Made by a program: the position numbers and the translations under genes
Source of the DNA: Pseudomonadota bacterium
GTDB lineage: Bacteria > Bdellovibrionota > Bdellovibrionia > Bdellovibrionales > SG-bin7
Length of the DNA stretch: 55,699 nt
Direction: 5' to 3'
NCBI GenBank assembly: GCA_034439715.1
Contig: JAWXAY010000093.1
Location: 1 to 55,699 of the forward strand
Part shown: in pieces, positions 1 to 10,078 of the stretch
How the letters are laid out: each line of letters starts with the position of its first letter
Numbering within the stretch: position 1 is the stretch's first letter
The notes under the pieces: generated by a model
Told to the model about the DNA's origin: nothing
Database searches by the model: none
Seen by the model: only the letters and a program-made list of their open reading frames with translations

Positions 1-2
1 GG

Positions 3-116
3 TATTCAAATCTACCAGGCGCAAAACAACTCATACAGAATGATATTGCAGAGGCGAAAGAACACCTCGACATGAGCAAAGACTTTCCCTTTCAAGGACC
101 CTATTTTGAGATTTAG
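3..116 (+). CDS. Probable 3' end of a gene entering from the left edge (…YSNLPGAKQLIQNDIAEAKEHLDMSKDFPFQGPYFEI*)
   Basis: Frame 3 is open from the window edge to TAG at 114-116; protein-like composition only. Confidence 0.3.
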   Translation, partial: YSNLPGAKQLIQNDIAEAKEHLDMSKDFPFQGPYFEI

Positions 117-265
117 AACGCTCTGGGTAGATCAATGTGACTTTCGAGCCAGAGATTGGTGAAATCGCGGCCTGGATCTTAAGTCTTATATATAGATGCC
201 AGGCTCCACAGAGATTCCAAATTATCTGCGCCCCCATACTTAAATTTTACTCTGGGCATGAATTT

Positions 266-1666
266 TTAATATAGCCGTTTTTTCTCTGCTCTGATTAACG
301 CCTTCAAAGACTCAAGACCGCCTTCGCCGGCCAAGGTCTTTTCACTCTTAATGGCATTGTAATATCTTGCACAGGCTCCGCTGTGAGTACTAAATAACGA
401 TGACGTAGGCTCTTCTCCCTTTTCTATTGAGTTTAAGCATTGCCTTATTTCATTATTTTCCGAAATAAATAATGGAAAGTGCTCTTTTACATTTAGCCCT
501 AAATCGTTCATCACCAATATCCCCACGATGTCGGCCTCGGTTTCATGGGTGTAAACTTTTACCATGTTAATAGGTTCGGTTCTTAGACGCCTTTGTCTTT
601 CATGTGCTTGTTTCATCTCCGAAAGGATAAACTCAATCAAATTTTCATGTGGACGCTTTTTGAAATAACCAGAAATCTGTTCATGATATTTTTTTACAGA
701 TGGGTCTTCTTTAACTAACTCTTCATATTGCGAATTGGGAACTCCATCCAATCTAAAATGAAGCCTGACGATGCTATCAACGACCCATTCATCCGGTATC
801 GGAAGTTTATCAAGACACGAGGCAGCCAGATCTTTTGCACTAGAAGTTAAGGAATCCAGAATTAACTTTTCATCACGTGTAGCTTTAAGTTTATCCTCAG
901 CAGTAGAGAAAGATATTTCTAGCATGTCGGATATTTTATTCCTCACCCTTGAATATTCCTCGCAATCGGGTCGCGCATATAAACCTTTAAACCCATCTGC
1001 ACTCTGAGTGATCTTTTCAAACAGTCCCGGCAAGAGAAAATAAAAACCCCTGTATAAAGATGGTGAATGACCTATGACAGGAAAGTCATTGAACTCCAAC
1101 GGTTCGTTATTTCCAAAAGTTTTATAGTTAGTATACAGTTCCTCAAATAATTGGGTGGCAAAATCGCTGGCGGCATTATCATTTTCGTATTTCTGTTCAT
1201 TCCAATAAACTTCAGAGATATCGCGACTTCGTTGCAGCAATAGGTGGCCGAGCTCATGACCCAGTGTAAAATATAAAAAATTCTTTTGTTTAAGTGTCAC
1301 TGTCGTTAACAAAATAAGATATGGTACCTTACCGTCGGCATTAGGGCCTAGAACGGATGCATTTTCAGTATTATTTTTTGAGATAATTATTTGAGGCATC
1401 GGAAGATTGGTGACCTCGGGAAAAAGTTTTTTTAACGATTTTAAAACTGTTTCAACGTAAGGTTTCGCCACCTCATAATAGGGGTGGTCCTCCGGCAAAA
1501 TTAATTCTCTATCTCTGTAGGGCATCATCGTATCGAGATAGGTCAGCGTCTCTTTAAAGTTTTTGAAAAAGAGGTACTCTGGTTGCTTGGTCGGTGCGGC
1601 TAAGCCTACGCTTTCAAACACAAATAGTGTTAAAACTGAGCGCATAAATATTAGACGAAGTGACAT
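266..1666 (-). CDS. Secreted M48-like zinc metallopeptidase with large insertion
   Basis: Signal peptide; ENASV, TLGHELGH (HExxH), distal HETEADIVG (ExxAD) and STH; AGGAG RBS. Confidence 0.65.
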   Translation of the reverse strand: MSLRLIFMRSVLTLFVFESVGLAAPTKQPEYLFFKNFKETLTYLDTMMPYRDRELILPEDHPYYEVAKPYVETVLKSLKKLFPEVTNLPMPQIIISKNNTENASVLGPNADGKVPYLILLTTVTLKQKNFLYFTLGHELGHLLLQRSRDISEVYWNEQKYENDNAASDFATQLFEELYTNYKTFGNNEPLEFNDFPVIGHSPSLYRGFYFLLPGLFEKITQSADGFKGLYARPDCEEYSRVRNKISDMLEISFSTAEDKLKATRDEKLILDSLTSSAKDLAASCLDKLPIPDEWVVDSIVRLHFRLDGVPNSQYEELVKEDPSVKKYHEQISGYFKKRPHENLIEFILSEMKQAHERQRRLRTEPINMVKVYTHETEADIVGILVMNDLGLNVKEHFPLFISENNEIRQCLNSIEKGEEPTSSLFSTHSGACARYYNAIKSEKTLAGEGGLESLKALIRAEKKRLY

Positions 1667-1773
1667 AAGACGGCTCCTATTTCCATTTAATTTGACTGGG
1701 TTAACTAACGCCAGCGCCGTTAGTCACTACTTCATGAAATAGGCCATGATTCAACTACCCCCGCCGGTATCAT

Positions 1774-2346
1774 TTAATATGATTCAATTCGCCCTGGTAT
1801 TGGGCCTGAGTCGACCACCACGCATGTCTCAGGATTATAGTAGTCGTTCGCTGCCCCGACGTCTGCCGAAATTCTGGCGCTCCTCACGTCGGCATCTGTA
1901 CACATAGAAGCAATAGATCTATGGGTACCTCCAAAAAATTTATAAGGCCGACTAACGGTCGTGGAAGAACCAACCAATAAATTAAAATCTATATAGTTAT
2001 TCTTCAAAATATCTACCAGTTCTATAGAGATGTCATAGTTGTCGTTGGATTCCAACCCGGCCAATACTAAGGGCTCATGAAGGGCAAGACGAACCTGGGC
2101 CTTTCTTACTTCTGGAATTCTGCTTTGATCTAGTTCATTTTGCTTATCATTCCAACGATCAATATCTAAGAAAATGGTATTGACACCGTCGTTACCCGCA
2201 TCTCGGGGTTTTCCATCGCGACCTAACACAGTATCGCGAGTGCGAGGCACTACGTTGGCTCTTGAAATAGCATCCGCAAGTTTGGTAAAAATTGGACAAT
2301 AAGTGGACTCTTTAGAAGTGTCGGGAGAAGCACAAATCTTTTTTAA
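1774..2346 (-). pseudogene. Hypothetical protein, probably 5'-truncated (LALHEPLVLAGLE…DNYDIS motif)
   Basis: Frame stays open 32 codons upstream of the GTG at 2250 up to an in-frame TGA at 2347-2349, with no ATG, RBS or signal peptide. Confidence 0.4.
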
Positions 2347-2483
2347 TCAAACCCCAAATAGAGCTTTAGCCACTTTTTGCCCCAGCTATTACTATTTTAC
2401 AATAGTTAAATATTTATTTTACTAAAGTTAAATGATACATTAAAACTCTTCCTTAGATTCCGAGTCACGCCAAAGGAGATTTT

Positions 2484-2846
2484 ATGAGAAATTTTATTAT
2501 TATGTGTGTTTTAGTAACCTCCAGTGTAAGTTGGGGAAGTTCTTTAAATCCGCACTATGCTTGTTTTAGTGAGGGAACTCAGTGCCGACTCTTCTTTTCA
2601 ATTCTCACTTCTCACACATCCAGTTTGGGTTGGTGCAAAGAAGGAGCGGCGAGGTTTACAGTGTTGCAAGGTAAAAAGGTTTTGCTATCCAGCGATACCA
2701 GTTGGAATGATTGTTCAAAGCTGGGACTTCGATCGGCATTAGAAACGGAAAAGTACATCGTACGTTTTAGAAAAAATGATGCCCACGCTTGGTTAGAAAT
2801 AAAAAATTCTCAGCAACCAATTGAATTTCAATGTATACAAAGATAG
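2484..2846 (+). CDS. Small secreted Cys-containing hypothetical protein
   Basis: AGGAG RBS; signal peptide MRNFIIMCVLVTSSVSWG. Confidence 0.65.
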   Translation: MRNFIIMCVLVTSSVSWGSSLNPHYACFSEGTQCRLFFSILTSHTSSLGWCKEGAARFTVLQGKKVLLSSDTSWNDCSKLGLRSALETEKYIVRFRKNDAHAWLEIKNSQQPIEFQCIQR

Positions 2847-2854
2847 GAGTCGTT

Positions 2855-3205
2855 ATGAGAAAATTAATTTTTGCAATTTCTTTATTTTGTAGTCAGTCCT
2901 TTGCAAGCCAAATTGTCTGTTCCCACTTTCAAGGCCCAGAATCTAATGAGAGTCTTGCTTTTGTTGGTGAAGTCGCTTTTCTTAATGGTGAGAAAATGCC
3001 GTGCGGACGTATCCCGGTAAGGTTTTCTACAATCCGGAATTTTGAAGGCCGATCGGTGGCGATCACATTTACCTGTGGTACCGGCGGCGGTGGAATTTAT
3101 GGTCTTGGCCCAACACCGGTTGGTGTTCTTACTGAAGGCTGGATGGGGAATCTAGAATCCTTTTACGCCCTGATAGGCAAAACCTATTTTAAATGCGGAA
3201 CCTAA
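2855..3205 (+). CDS. Small secreted hypothetical protein
   Basis: AGGAG RBS then ATG 2855; signal peptide MRKLIFAISLFCSQSFA. Confidence 0.65.
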   Translation: MRKLIFAISLFCSQSFASQIVCSHFQGPESNESLAFVGEVAFLNGEKMPCGRIPVRFSTIRNFEGRSVAITFTCGTGGGGIYGLGPTPVGVLTEGWMGNLESFYALIGKTYFKCGT

Positions 3206-3230
3206 AAGGTTCGAGAGATTGCAAACATTT

Positions 3231-4061
3231 ATGAGACATATAGAAGCGAGCTCCTGTAGCGATACTGCCCTTCGAAATAAATTTTCTCCCAGAGTAATTG
3301 TGGAAAAAATTGACCTCGATAGTCGCCAAGTTTTTGTGGCTCGCGAAGATCTTTTGCCGGGTGGGTCCAAACAGAGGGCGTGCGCTTTTTTACTCACTAG
3401 TCTGGTCTCACAAGGCTTCACTGAGTTTATATATGCTAGTCCGTTCTGTGGATTTGCCCAAGTTGCTCTAGCTTACATGTGTTCGCAATTGGATCTACGC
3501 TGTCAGATCTTTTGCGAAAGGCAACCTTTAAACGAAGATGAGTCCGATACTGATTTTAGTAAAATAGCTCAGTCTTACGGTGCGCAAATTCATCACGTTG
3601 GCACCCTACAAGAAGCAGAGGACCACGCACAGCGTGCAAGCCTCGAAACTGCTGGTCGTTACAAAATCCCATTGGGTTTTAATTGTGTGGATTTTAGAAA
3701 AGCCTATGCTTTGGAACTGTCACTACAATGGAATATCATTAAGAGTGAACTGCGGCATCCCCCCAAAAGATTGTGGCTGCCGGTAGGAAGCGGCACCTTG
3801 GCTTCGGTGTTTTCACAAATTGTAGACGATAACACCGGAATCAAGTGTGTAGATGTACATGTCCTAAGTTCTAGTGATGAAAGAATTATTGCGCTTTCAA
3901 AAAAATCTAATATAGTTCTTTTTTCTGCTCGAGAATCTTTTCGTGAAAAGGCAGCCATGAAACCAAGTATTCCCTCTAACGTCTACTATGATGCCAAGCT
4001 TTGGCAGTTTCTTTTAGAGTATGCCAAAGATGGAGATATGTGGTGGAACGTCGCCAAGTAA
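3231..4061 (+). CDS. PLP-dependent fold-type II enzyme (ACC deaminase/D-cysteine desulfhydrase-like, compact)
   Basis: REDLLPGGSKQR (Schiff-base Lys), LPVGSGT phosphate loop, YYDAK; start 3219 (TTG) or 3231 (ATG). Confidence 0.7.
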   Translation: MRHIEASSCSDTALRNKFSPRVIVEKIDLDSRQVFVAREDLLPGGSKQRACAFLLTSLVSQGFTEFIYASPFCGFAQVALAYMCSQLDLRCQIFCERQPLNEDESDTDFSKIAQSYGAQIHHVGTLQEAEDHAQRASLETAGRYKIPLGFNCVDFRKAYALELSLQWNIIKSELRHPPKRLWLPVGSGTLASVFSQIVDDNTGIKCVDVHVLSSSDERIIALSKKSNIVLFSARESFREKAAMKPSIPSNVYYDAKLWQFLLEYAKDGDMWWNVAK

Positions 4062-4143
4062 AAACATCGTTGTAATAGATCTCAATAACCACTTCATTCA
4101 GTGGTGAGGTCGTCCCTTTTTTGCGCGACTATTAGATGTCTAA

Positions 4144-4947
4144 TCAATGAATTACTAAAAAGACATCAGAGGCAGAAGCCAAACCACCACAATCAAGGTT
4201 ACGAATTCGCAGTTGCGTGTCCAGATTGGGTATAAAATAGGGAGAAATATCAATGGCACTAATATTTGCAGATCCACTGGGAGAATAAGCTAAGAAATCA
4301 GTTACTGCCGAATTATTAACTAATATATCGCCAACCACAGATCTATTGTTGTTAACATAAGGTTCTGAATCACCAGTGCCTCGCGCGAGTCGCACAATTG
4401 GTCTATTGGCGCTAGCAATTTCGACTAAAATAAAATTATCAACAAAAAGTTGTTGTTCGCGTTCTCCGAGTTTGGGTGAACCGGTGTTATAGCGAGTTAA
4501 AGTTACCTTTCTAGAATCTGAAAACACTAAATTCAGGGATACATCACTAAGTACGTAGGGGTTAACCGGAGCCAGATGCTCATTATTGTTATGATCGCGT
4601 GCAAATATATCACTGGCCCGTGACTCACCGAAGCTGCCAGAATTGTGACTAACTGTCTCGTTAAGCACTTTTTTATAGTAACAGACTCCCGAAGAGTTAA
4701 GTGGTGGCACCAGTTCGGTCTCTAATTCTACTAGCTGTTTACATTCTGTAAAAGCAGTAGGTACGCATTTATCATTGATAAAGACTTCACTTTCAGCACA
4801 CTTTGAAATAAAAGAGTTGGAGTTATTATCGCCTGAACCAGCAAACTGTACATCGTTAGAGCAGTTCTGAAAGTTCATAAAAACCGCCACTGGGATTATT
4901 AAAATAAAATAATTTTGCCATTTACTAAAAATACGTAAGTTCTTCAT
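4144..4947 (-). CDS. Exported/lipoprotein hypothetical protein (FQNCS signal)
   Basis: Hydrophobic N-terminus ending MNFQNCS; GAGG RBS. Confidence 0.7.
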   Translation of the reverse strand: MKNLRIFSKWQNYFILIIPVAVFMNFQNCSNDVQFAGSGDNNSNSFISKCAESEVFINDKCVPTAFTECKQLVELETELVPPLNSSGVCYYKKVLNETVSHNSGSFGESRASDIFARDHNNNEHLAPVNPYVLSDVSLNLVFSDSRKVTLTRYNTGSPKLGEREQQLFVDNFILVEIASANRPIVRLARGTGDSEPYVNNNRSVVGDILVNNSAVTDFLAYSPSGSANISAIDISPYFIPNLDTQLRIRNLDCGGLASASDVFLVIH

Positions 4948-5163
4948 AGATGATACCTCATCTGTAATTATACAGCAGGTTTGGCTCAGAATGAAGCAGG
5001 TATATGCTTTCTAGATTTTTTTATCCGCCAAATTGTCTCAAAATGAGAATTAATTTATCTCTTAAAAGAATAAACACTGTTCAAGTATTGGTTTGATTTT
5101 CTTTAAAATATGGATTAGTTCTGTTCTTTATTGAGCTCGGAAGAGATTAGGAGACATTATTTT

Positions 5164-6039
5164 ATGAAGAAGAGATTTTTTATCGTACTTGCAATTTTGT
5201 CGCTAACCACAACTGTTACTTTTGCCTGTGGCACCCCTGGAAAAAGTGGGTTTGCTCCTGAGAATAATTTAAAAATTTCACAGTGGGGCATAGGAAACAA
5301 TGGCATGACCGAAGAGAGATTTCGGGCAATTATAAAAAATATTTTTGACATCTACACTCCTGTTGTCGCAGCGAAAGACGCACTTCTGGTGGTTTATGGT
5401 CACTGGGATGATGACACAGTGAATGCTAATGCTAATACTTGGGGAAAAAGATGGGTTATAAATATGTACGGTGGACTCGCTCGTCATCCATTAGCCACCG
5501 AAGATGGTTTTGCTCTTGTTTTTTGCCATGAGCTTGGTCATTTTCTTGGCGGAGCCCCTAGAAAAGATCGTCCATCATGGGCATCTAACGAAGGACAATC
5601 AGATTATTTTGGATCTATGAAATGTCTCAAAAGGGTTTTTGAAAAAGAGGACAATATAGCGGTAGTTTCTAAAATGAATATTGATCCTCAATCTACTAAG
5701 CAATGTGAATTGGTATACAGGGATGCCAGAGAAGTTGCACTTTGCCAAAGAATTTCGATGGCTGGCAAATCACTTGGAAGAGTTCTAGGTGACATTCATG
5801 GGAACTCAAATGTTAATTTCAGCACACCCGATACTTCCACGGTCGGCAAAACATATGGAGAACACCCGGCGCCTCAATGTCGCCTCGATACGTATTTCAA
5901 TGGTACGTTATGCGACAGGTCCTATGACCAAGACACTGACCCTTTAGATCCAAAAATTGGGGTTTGTACTACGCGTGATGGTTATAAAGTCGGTACTCGT
6001 CCTCTTTGTTGGTACAAGCCGACTTCTTCCGAAATTTAG
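5164..6039 (+). CDS. Secreted Cys-rich zinc metallopeptidase (M48-like/zincin)
   Basis: Signal peptide; VNANA, CHELGH, NEGQSDY, EHP; AGGAG RBS before ATG 5164. Confidence 0.75.
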   Translation: MKKRFFIVLAILSLTTTVTFACGTPGKSGFAPENNLKISQWGIGNNGMTEERFRAIIKNIFDIYTPVVAAKDALLVVYGHWDDDTVNANANTWGKRWVINMYGGLARHPLATEDGFALVFCHELGHFLGGAPRKDRPSWASNEGQSDYFGSMKCLKRVFEKEDNIAVVSKMNIDPQSTKQCELVYRDAREVALCQRISMAGKSLGRVLGDIHGNSNVNFSTPDTSTVGKTYGEHPAPQCRLDTYFNGTLCDRSYDQDTDPLDPKIGVCTTRDGYKVGTRPLCWYKPTSSEI

Positions 6040-6151
6040 TATTTCGGTTGCGACATTACCAATTTTTGACGTGAAAGTCGCAAAAATCGTTTCTTATCAC
6101 TCTGGTAGTGTGTCCAAACTCATTTTTAATTCGTACACGCGCCATAACTTC

Positions 6152-6167
6152 GGGCACGCATCCTGCA
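6152..6167 (+). promoter_or_regulatory. Putative sigma54 (-24/-12) promoter
   Basis: GGGCACGCATCCTGCA = GG-N10-GC, about 50 bp upstream of ATG 6220. Confidence 0.55.
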
Positions 6168-6219
6168 ATAAAGGATGCAGATCTCCTGAAGCTAATATTT
6201 ACCCTTGTAGGAATTCCAC

Positions 6220-6753
6220 ATGATGATACCAAAAAAGAGCTGTTTAATAGGGTTTTTGCTACTTCTAAGTGGCTCAGTTTTGGCCCAAAATAATGTGAGC
6301 TCATTCTCCGAGAACGGGGATGCTATAGTTAGACAGGTAACTTTTGAAAAATGTGATCTTCATGGTTTCGATTTATTTTTTTATTCTATGTTAGGTGGGA
6401 CATGCGAACTCCTGCTTAGAGTTGAAGGACACGAAGAATTGATAACAGGTGAAGTAGAAATCAAGATGAGGGCATATGAATTTATACACTTTGGCTATCA
6501 GACAAATGGTGGGTTTTCTATAGATGCCGTTATCCAGCTGCCCCCGGATCGGGCCATCACAGTGAAAGAGCTTTTTGGGGAGTATGACGAATCAGGTGTC
6601 GGGGCATCATCATCTCTTACTGGGGCCGGCATTAGTTTCTACGGAGCCAGAAACGAGCAGGGTATTTTTATAGAACTGGGAGTTTTAAAGTTAGGTAATG
6701 TTGGCGCCGGATTCAATTCCGCTACAATTGATTTACAGCCAAAATTTCCATGA
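6220..6753 (+). CDS. Secreted hypothetical protein (beta-rich, Gly-rich C-terminus)
   Basis: Signal peptide ending VLA; upstream sigma54 motif. Confidence 0.6.
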   Translation: MMIPKKSCLIGFLLLLSGSVLAQNNVSSFSENGDAIVRQVTFEKCDLHGFDLFFYSMLGGTCELLLRVEGHEELITGEVEIKMRAYEFIHFGYQTNGGFSIDAVIQLPPDRAITVKELFGEYDESGVGASSSLTGAGISFYGARNEQGIFIELGVLKLGNVGAGFNSATIDLQPKFP

Positions 6754-6804
6754 TAGATCTTAATACCTTGAAGTTTGAATAAAACCCGCTAACCTTAGTG
6801 ATTG

Positions 6805-7296
6805 ATGAGTCACTTTGACAAAGGCGGCATACGCACCATAGATATCGAGGGACCCATTGGGGAAACATCCGAGTTTTTTTTATTGCCCTTGTTCGGCCTT
6901 AAAGAAATTCACTTGAATCTTGAAAAAGCAACTTACATGAATTCGGTGGGCGTTAAACATTGGGTAAATTGGGCGGCAAAGGTTCCCCCGGAGATAAAGG
7001 TCATACTTAAAAAAGGTCCCCACATAATCGCCAATCAGGCATCAATGGTTGTAGGGTTTTTACCTAAGCATTTTTTAATCGAGTCCTTTTTTGCTCACTT
7101 CGTTTGTCCTAGTTGTGAACTAGAAGTTATCATTGAATTAAGGGAGTCAGAACACTTTAAGCGGACTAGTGGTGAAGATGCGCATTGGTATAAATTGCCG
7201 CAGCCCTCATGTAGCAAGTGTCCCACTGAGACAAAGTTAGAAACAGATTTTTTTCCGGAAAAGCTCTTTGCGTTTTTAAAAAGAGCCGATTCCTAG
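6805..7296 (+). CDS. STAS-like domain protein with C-terminal CxxC…CxxC zinc ribbon
   Basis: LNLEKATYMNSVGVKHW (STAS-like D/NSxG); CPSC and CSKC. Confidence 0.6.
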   Translation: MSHFDKGGIRTIDIEGPIGETSEFFLLPLFGLKEIHLNLEKATYMNSVGVKHWVNWAAKVPPEIKVILKKGPHIIANQASMVVGFLPKHFLIESFFAHFVCPSCELEVIIELRESEHFKRTSGEDAHWYKLPQPSCSKCPTETKLETDFFPEKLFAFLKRADS

Positions 7297-7300
7297 ACTC

Positions 7301-8107
7301 ATGAGTGATAATCATATGACGAATAAAATTTTCTATTTCATTCTTCTGCTATCTTTGGGCTGCGCCTCTTCTCCATTGGGACGCAAACAACTCATTTTAG
7401 TATCCGATGATCAAATGAATTCCATGGGCCAACTGGGTTTTGAGGAAATGAAGGCCAAGGGACTGCGCAGCCAGGATCCGAAAGTAAATAATTTTGTTAG
7501 TTGTGTTGTTTCTCCAATTACGAAAGTGGTGGGAGGCGAATGGGAAGTCGTAGTGTTTCAAGATAAAAGTGCCAATGCATTTGCACTTCCCGGTGGAAAA
7601 ATTGGGGTTCATACAGGAATATTATCGGCAGCAAAAACGGATGCGCAACTCGCAGCAGTTGTCAGCCATGAAATTGGCCATGTGTTAGCAAAACATGGAG
7701 CAGAACGTGTTTCGCAAACTCTAGCTGCTCAAGGGGGGCTCGGGATTTTAGATGCCGTTTTGACCGGAAAATCCCAGAGTAGCCGCAGTAAAAGTTTGAT
7801 TATGGCAGGAATTGGATTGGGTGTTCAATACGGTGTTATATTGCCACATGGTCGAACGCAGGAAACGGAGGCTGACGTTATAGGACTGGATCTGATGTCC
7901 CAGGCCGGTTTCGATCCAGCTCAAAGTGTAGAGTTGTGGAAAAATATGCAGTCACTCGGCGGAGGGCAACCGCCCGAATGGCTTTCCACTCACCCATCGA
8001 ATGAATCTAGAATCAGTAATCTTCAAGCAAAAATTCCTGAGTATTTGCCAAAGTATCAAAAGGCTATAAGTCAGGGCCGAAACCCAAAATGTTTACTTTT
8101 CCCCTAG
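7301..8107 (+). CDS. M48 family lipoprotein metalloprotease (LoiP/Oma1-like)
   Basis: Lipobox SLGC; NAFALPGGKI, SHEIGH, QETEAD, WLSTHP. Confidence 0.92.
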   Translation: MSDNHMTNKIFYFILLLSLGCASSPLGRKQLILVSDDQMNSMGQLGFEEMKAKGLRSQDPKVNNFVSCVVSPITKVVGGEWEVVVFQDKSANAFALPGGKIGVHTGILSAAKTDAQLAAVVSHEIGHVLAKHGAERVSQTLAAQGGLGILDAVLTGKSQSSRSKSLIMAGIGLGVQYGVILPHGRTQETEADVIGLDLMSQAGFDPAQSVELWKNMQSLGGGQPPEWLSTHPSNESRISNLQAKIPEYLPKYQKAISQGRNPKCLLFP

Positions 8108-9403
8108 TTTAACATTTCGATCATCAGGTAAGTAAAGCGATCCGACAACAAATGTCATGATGGCTATGCCGATGGGATAAATAAGCCCGGCGTAAATATT
8201 TCCAGTACCCGCGACCAGTGCAGTTCCAATAAGTGGAACGAGACCGCCAAATATGCCGTTTCCGACATGGTAGGGTAGTGACATTGAGGTATATCGAATA
8301 TGTGTGGGAAAAAGCTCAACCAGAAAGGCCGCGATGGGTCCATACACCATCGTAACGAACAAAACCTGAACCAGAACAAGAGCTGTGAGCGCCACAATGT
8401 TGGGGTGCGCCGGGTCGCTTGATACACTCACCATCGTCATATATATGGGGAGATAACAGATGGCGGCAAGTCCACAGCCGGTCATCATGATTTTCTTTCT
8501 GCCGATGCGATCAGAAAGCCAGCCAAAAAAAACAAAGAATGGAGTTCCAATTAAAAGAGCGACGGCAATGATGGTGTTGGCAGTGATAAAATTTATTTTA
8601 AGGACTGTTTGCAAGTAAAAGAGCGCATAGAATTGCCCCGTGTACCACACGACCCCTTGCCCGGCAGTGGCTCCAAAGAGCGCCAGCAAAACTAAGTTTC
8701 GATTTTTTGGCTGCAGAAAGCTATCCCTCAATGGACTTTTGGAGGCCTTTCCTGACTTTTTTAACATCAAAAAAAGCGGTGATTCCTTTAATTTTGCTCG
8801 AATGAAGTAGGATAAAATGACCAGAAAAATTGAAAGCAAAAACGGTATTCTCCAACCCCAAGCTTGAAAGGCGTCTTCGCCTAGTCCAAGCCGTGTACCA
8901 AGAACGACTCCTAGTGAAACAAATAACCCGAGCGTCGCCGTTGTCTGAATAAAACTAGTATAGAATCCGCGGTGCCCGTCTGGGGAGAACTCAGCAACGT
9001 AAGTCGCGGCGCCGCCGTATTCGCCTCCGAGCGCGAGACCCTGAAGTAAGCGTAGGAGTAGCAAGGCCATGGGAGCGAGAAATCCAATTTGTTCATAGGT
9101 AGGAAGAAGTCCTATGGCAAAAGTAGAGCCTCCCATAAGAAGTAAAGTCACCAGGAAGGCATATTTGCGTCCGACCAGATCCCCGATTCTTCCAAAGAAA
9201 AGAGCGCCAAAAGGACGAACTACAAAGCCCGTGGCAAATGTCGCGAGTGTCGAAAGCAGTGCTACCGTGTCGTTGCCTTTTGGAAAGAAGTGTCCCGAGA
9301 TGACAGTTGCTAGGCTTCCAAAAATGTAAAAGTCGTACCACTCAATGAGCGTTCCCGCTGACGAAGCAGCTATTACAGACCAGATAGTGCGTCGAGAATT
9401 CAT
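8093..9403 (-). CDS. MFS transporter, metabolite:H+ symporter (MHS) family
   Basis: IEWYDF, GDLVGRK, GGEYGGA, WGWRIPF, ELFPTHIRY; many TM segments. Confidence 0.93.
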   Translation of the reverse strand: MNSRRTIWSVIAASSAGTLIEWYDFYIFGSLATVISGHFFPKGNDTVALLSTLATFATGFVVRPFGALFFGRIGDLVGRKYAFLVTLLLMGGSTFAIGLLPTYEQIGFLAPMALLLLRLLQGLALGGEYGGAATYVAEFSPDGHRGFYTSFIQTTATLGLFVSLGVVLGTRLGLGEDAFQAWGWRIPFLLSIFLVILSYFIRAKLKESPLFLMLKKSGKASKSPLRDSFLQPKNRNLVLLALFGATAGQGVVWYTGQFYALFYLQTVLKINFITANTIIAVALLIGTPFFVFFGWLSDRIGRKKIMMTGCGLAAICYLPIYMTMVSVSSDPAHPNIVALTALVLVQVLFVTMVYGPIAAFLVELFPTHIRYTSMSLPYHVGNGIFGGLVPLIGTALVAGTGNIYAGLIYPIGIAIMTFVVGSLYLPDDRNVKLGEK

Positions 9404-9415
9404 ATACCTAGTAAA

Positions 9416-10078
9416 CTACTTTTCGAGAACTAACTCAATCATATCTATCAAGTTTTTTTCACCCAGCTGTTCGAGGGGCTGACCATTGACGAAAAAAGTA
9501 GGAGTACTTTGTACACCCAATCTCATTCCGTCATCCTCGTCGATTTTTACTTTTTCGCCGTGTTTCTTGATAACGACTTCAGGCACTAAATTATTTTTTG
9601 ATAATCCTATTTTAGCGAGATAACCAGGAATCAGCTCAGGTTTTGGAGCATGGTGATCGCCCCACTCGGGCTGCTTTTCAAATAAAATATCTAAGGCTTG
9701 TTCAAACTTTCCCATTTCATGCGCTTCCTCTAGGACGCTAGCCGCGTACATCGAGTTTTTATGATAAGGCATGTAGCGCAAAACAAAATGAACACGATCT
9801 TTATATTGTGCGACTATTTTTTTAAACACCGGATGAAACATGCGACATGATTCACATTCGGGGTCAAACCATTCTATCACAGTTACTCTAGCCATCGTAT
9901 TACCCATACTCGGACTATGCGGCCGCACAAAAAGAGGAGCTCCATTGCTCTGACTTTCCGGAGGGAGCGATTCAACCACTGGTACCACTGGCGCTGGGGT
10001 TTTTGTGTTCATACTGACAACCAAAAAAATAATAATAGCGGCTATAGCTGCGCCGACCACAAAAAGCTTATTCTTCAC
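9416..10078 (-). CDS. DsbA/BdbD-type membrane-anchored thiol-disulfide oxidoreductase
   Basis: DPECESC active site, GVQSTPTFFVNG cis-Pro loop, N-terminal anchor. Confidence 0.88.
   Translation of the reverse strand: MKNKLFVVGAAIAAIIIFLVVSMNTKTPAPVVPVVESLPPESQSNGAPLFVRPHSPSMGNTMARVTVIEWFDPECESCRMFHPVFKKIVAQYKDRVHFVLRYMPYHKNSMYAASVLEEAHEMGKFEQALDILFEKQPEWGDHHAPKPELIPGYLAKIGLSKNNLVPEVVIKKHGEKVKIDEDDGMRLGVQSTPTFFVNGQPLEQLGEKNLIDMIELVLEK

Noticed and set aside
31..237. 68-aa minus-strand ORF
   Set aside because: No RBS or recognisable motif; overlaps a more protein-like plus-strand frame ending at 116
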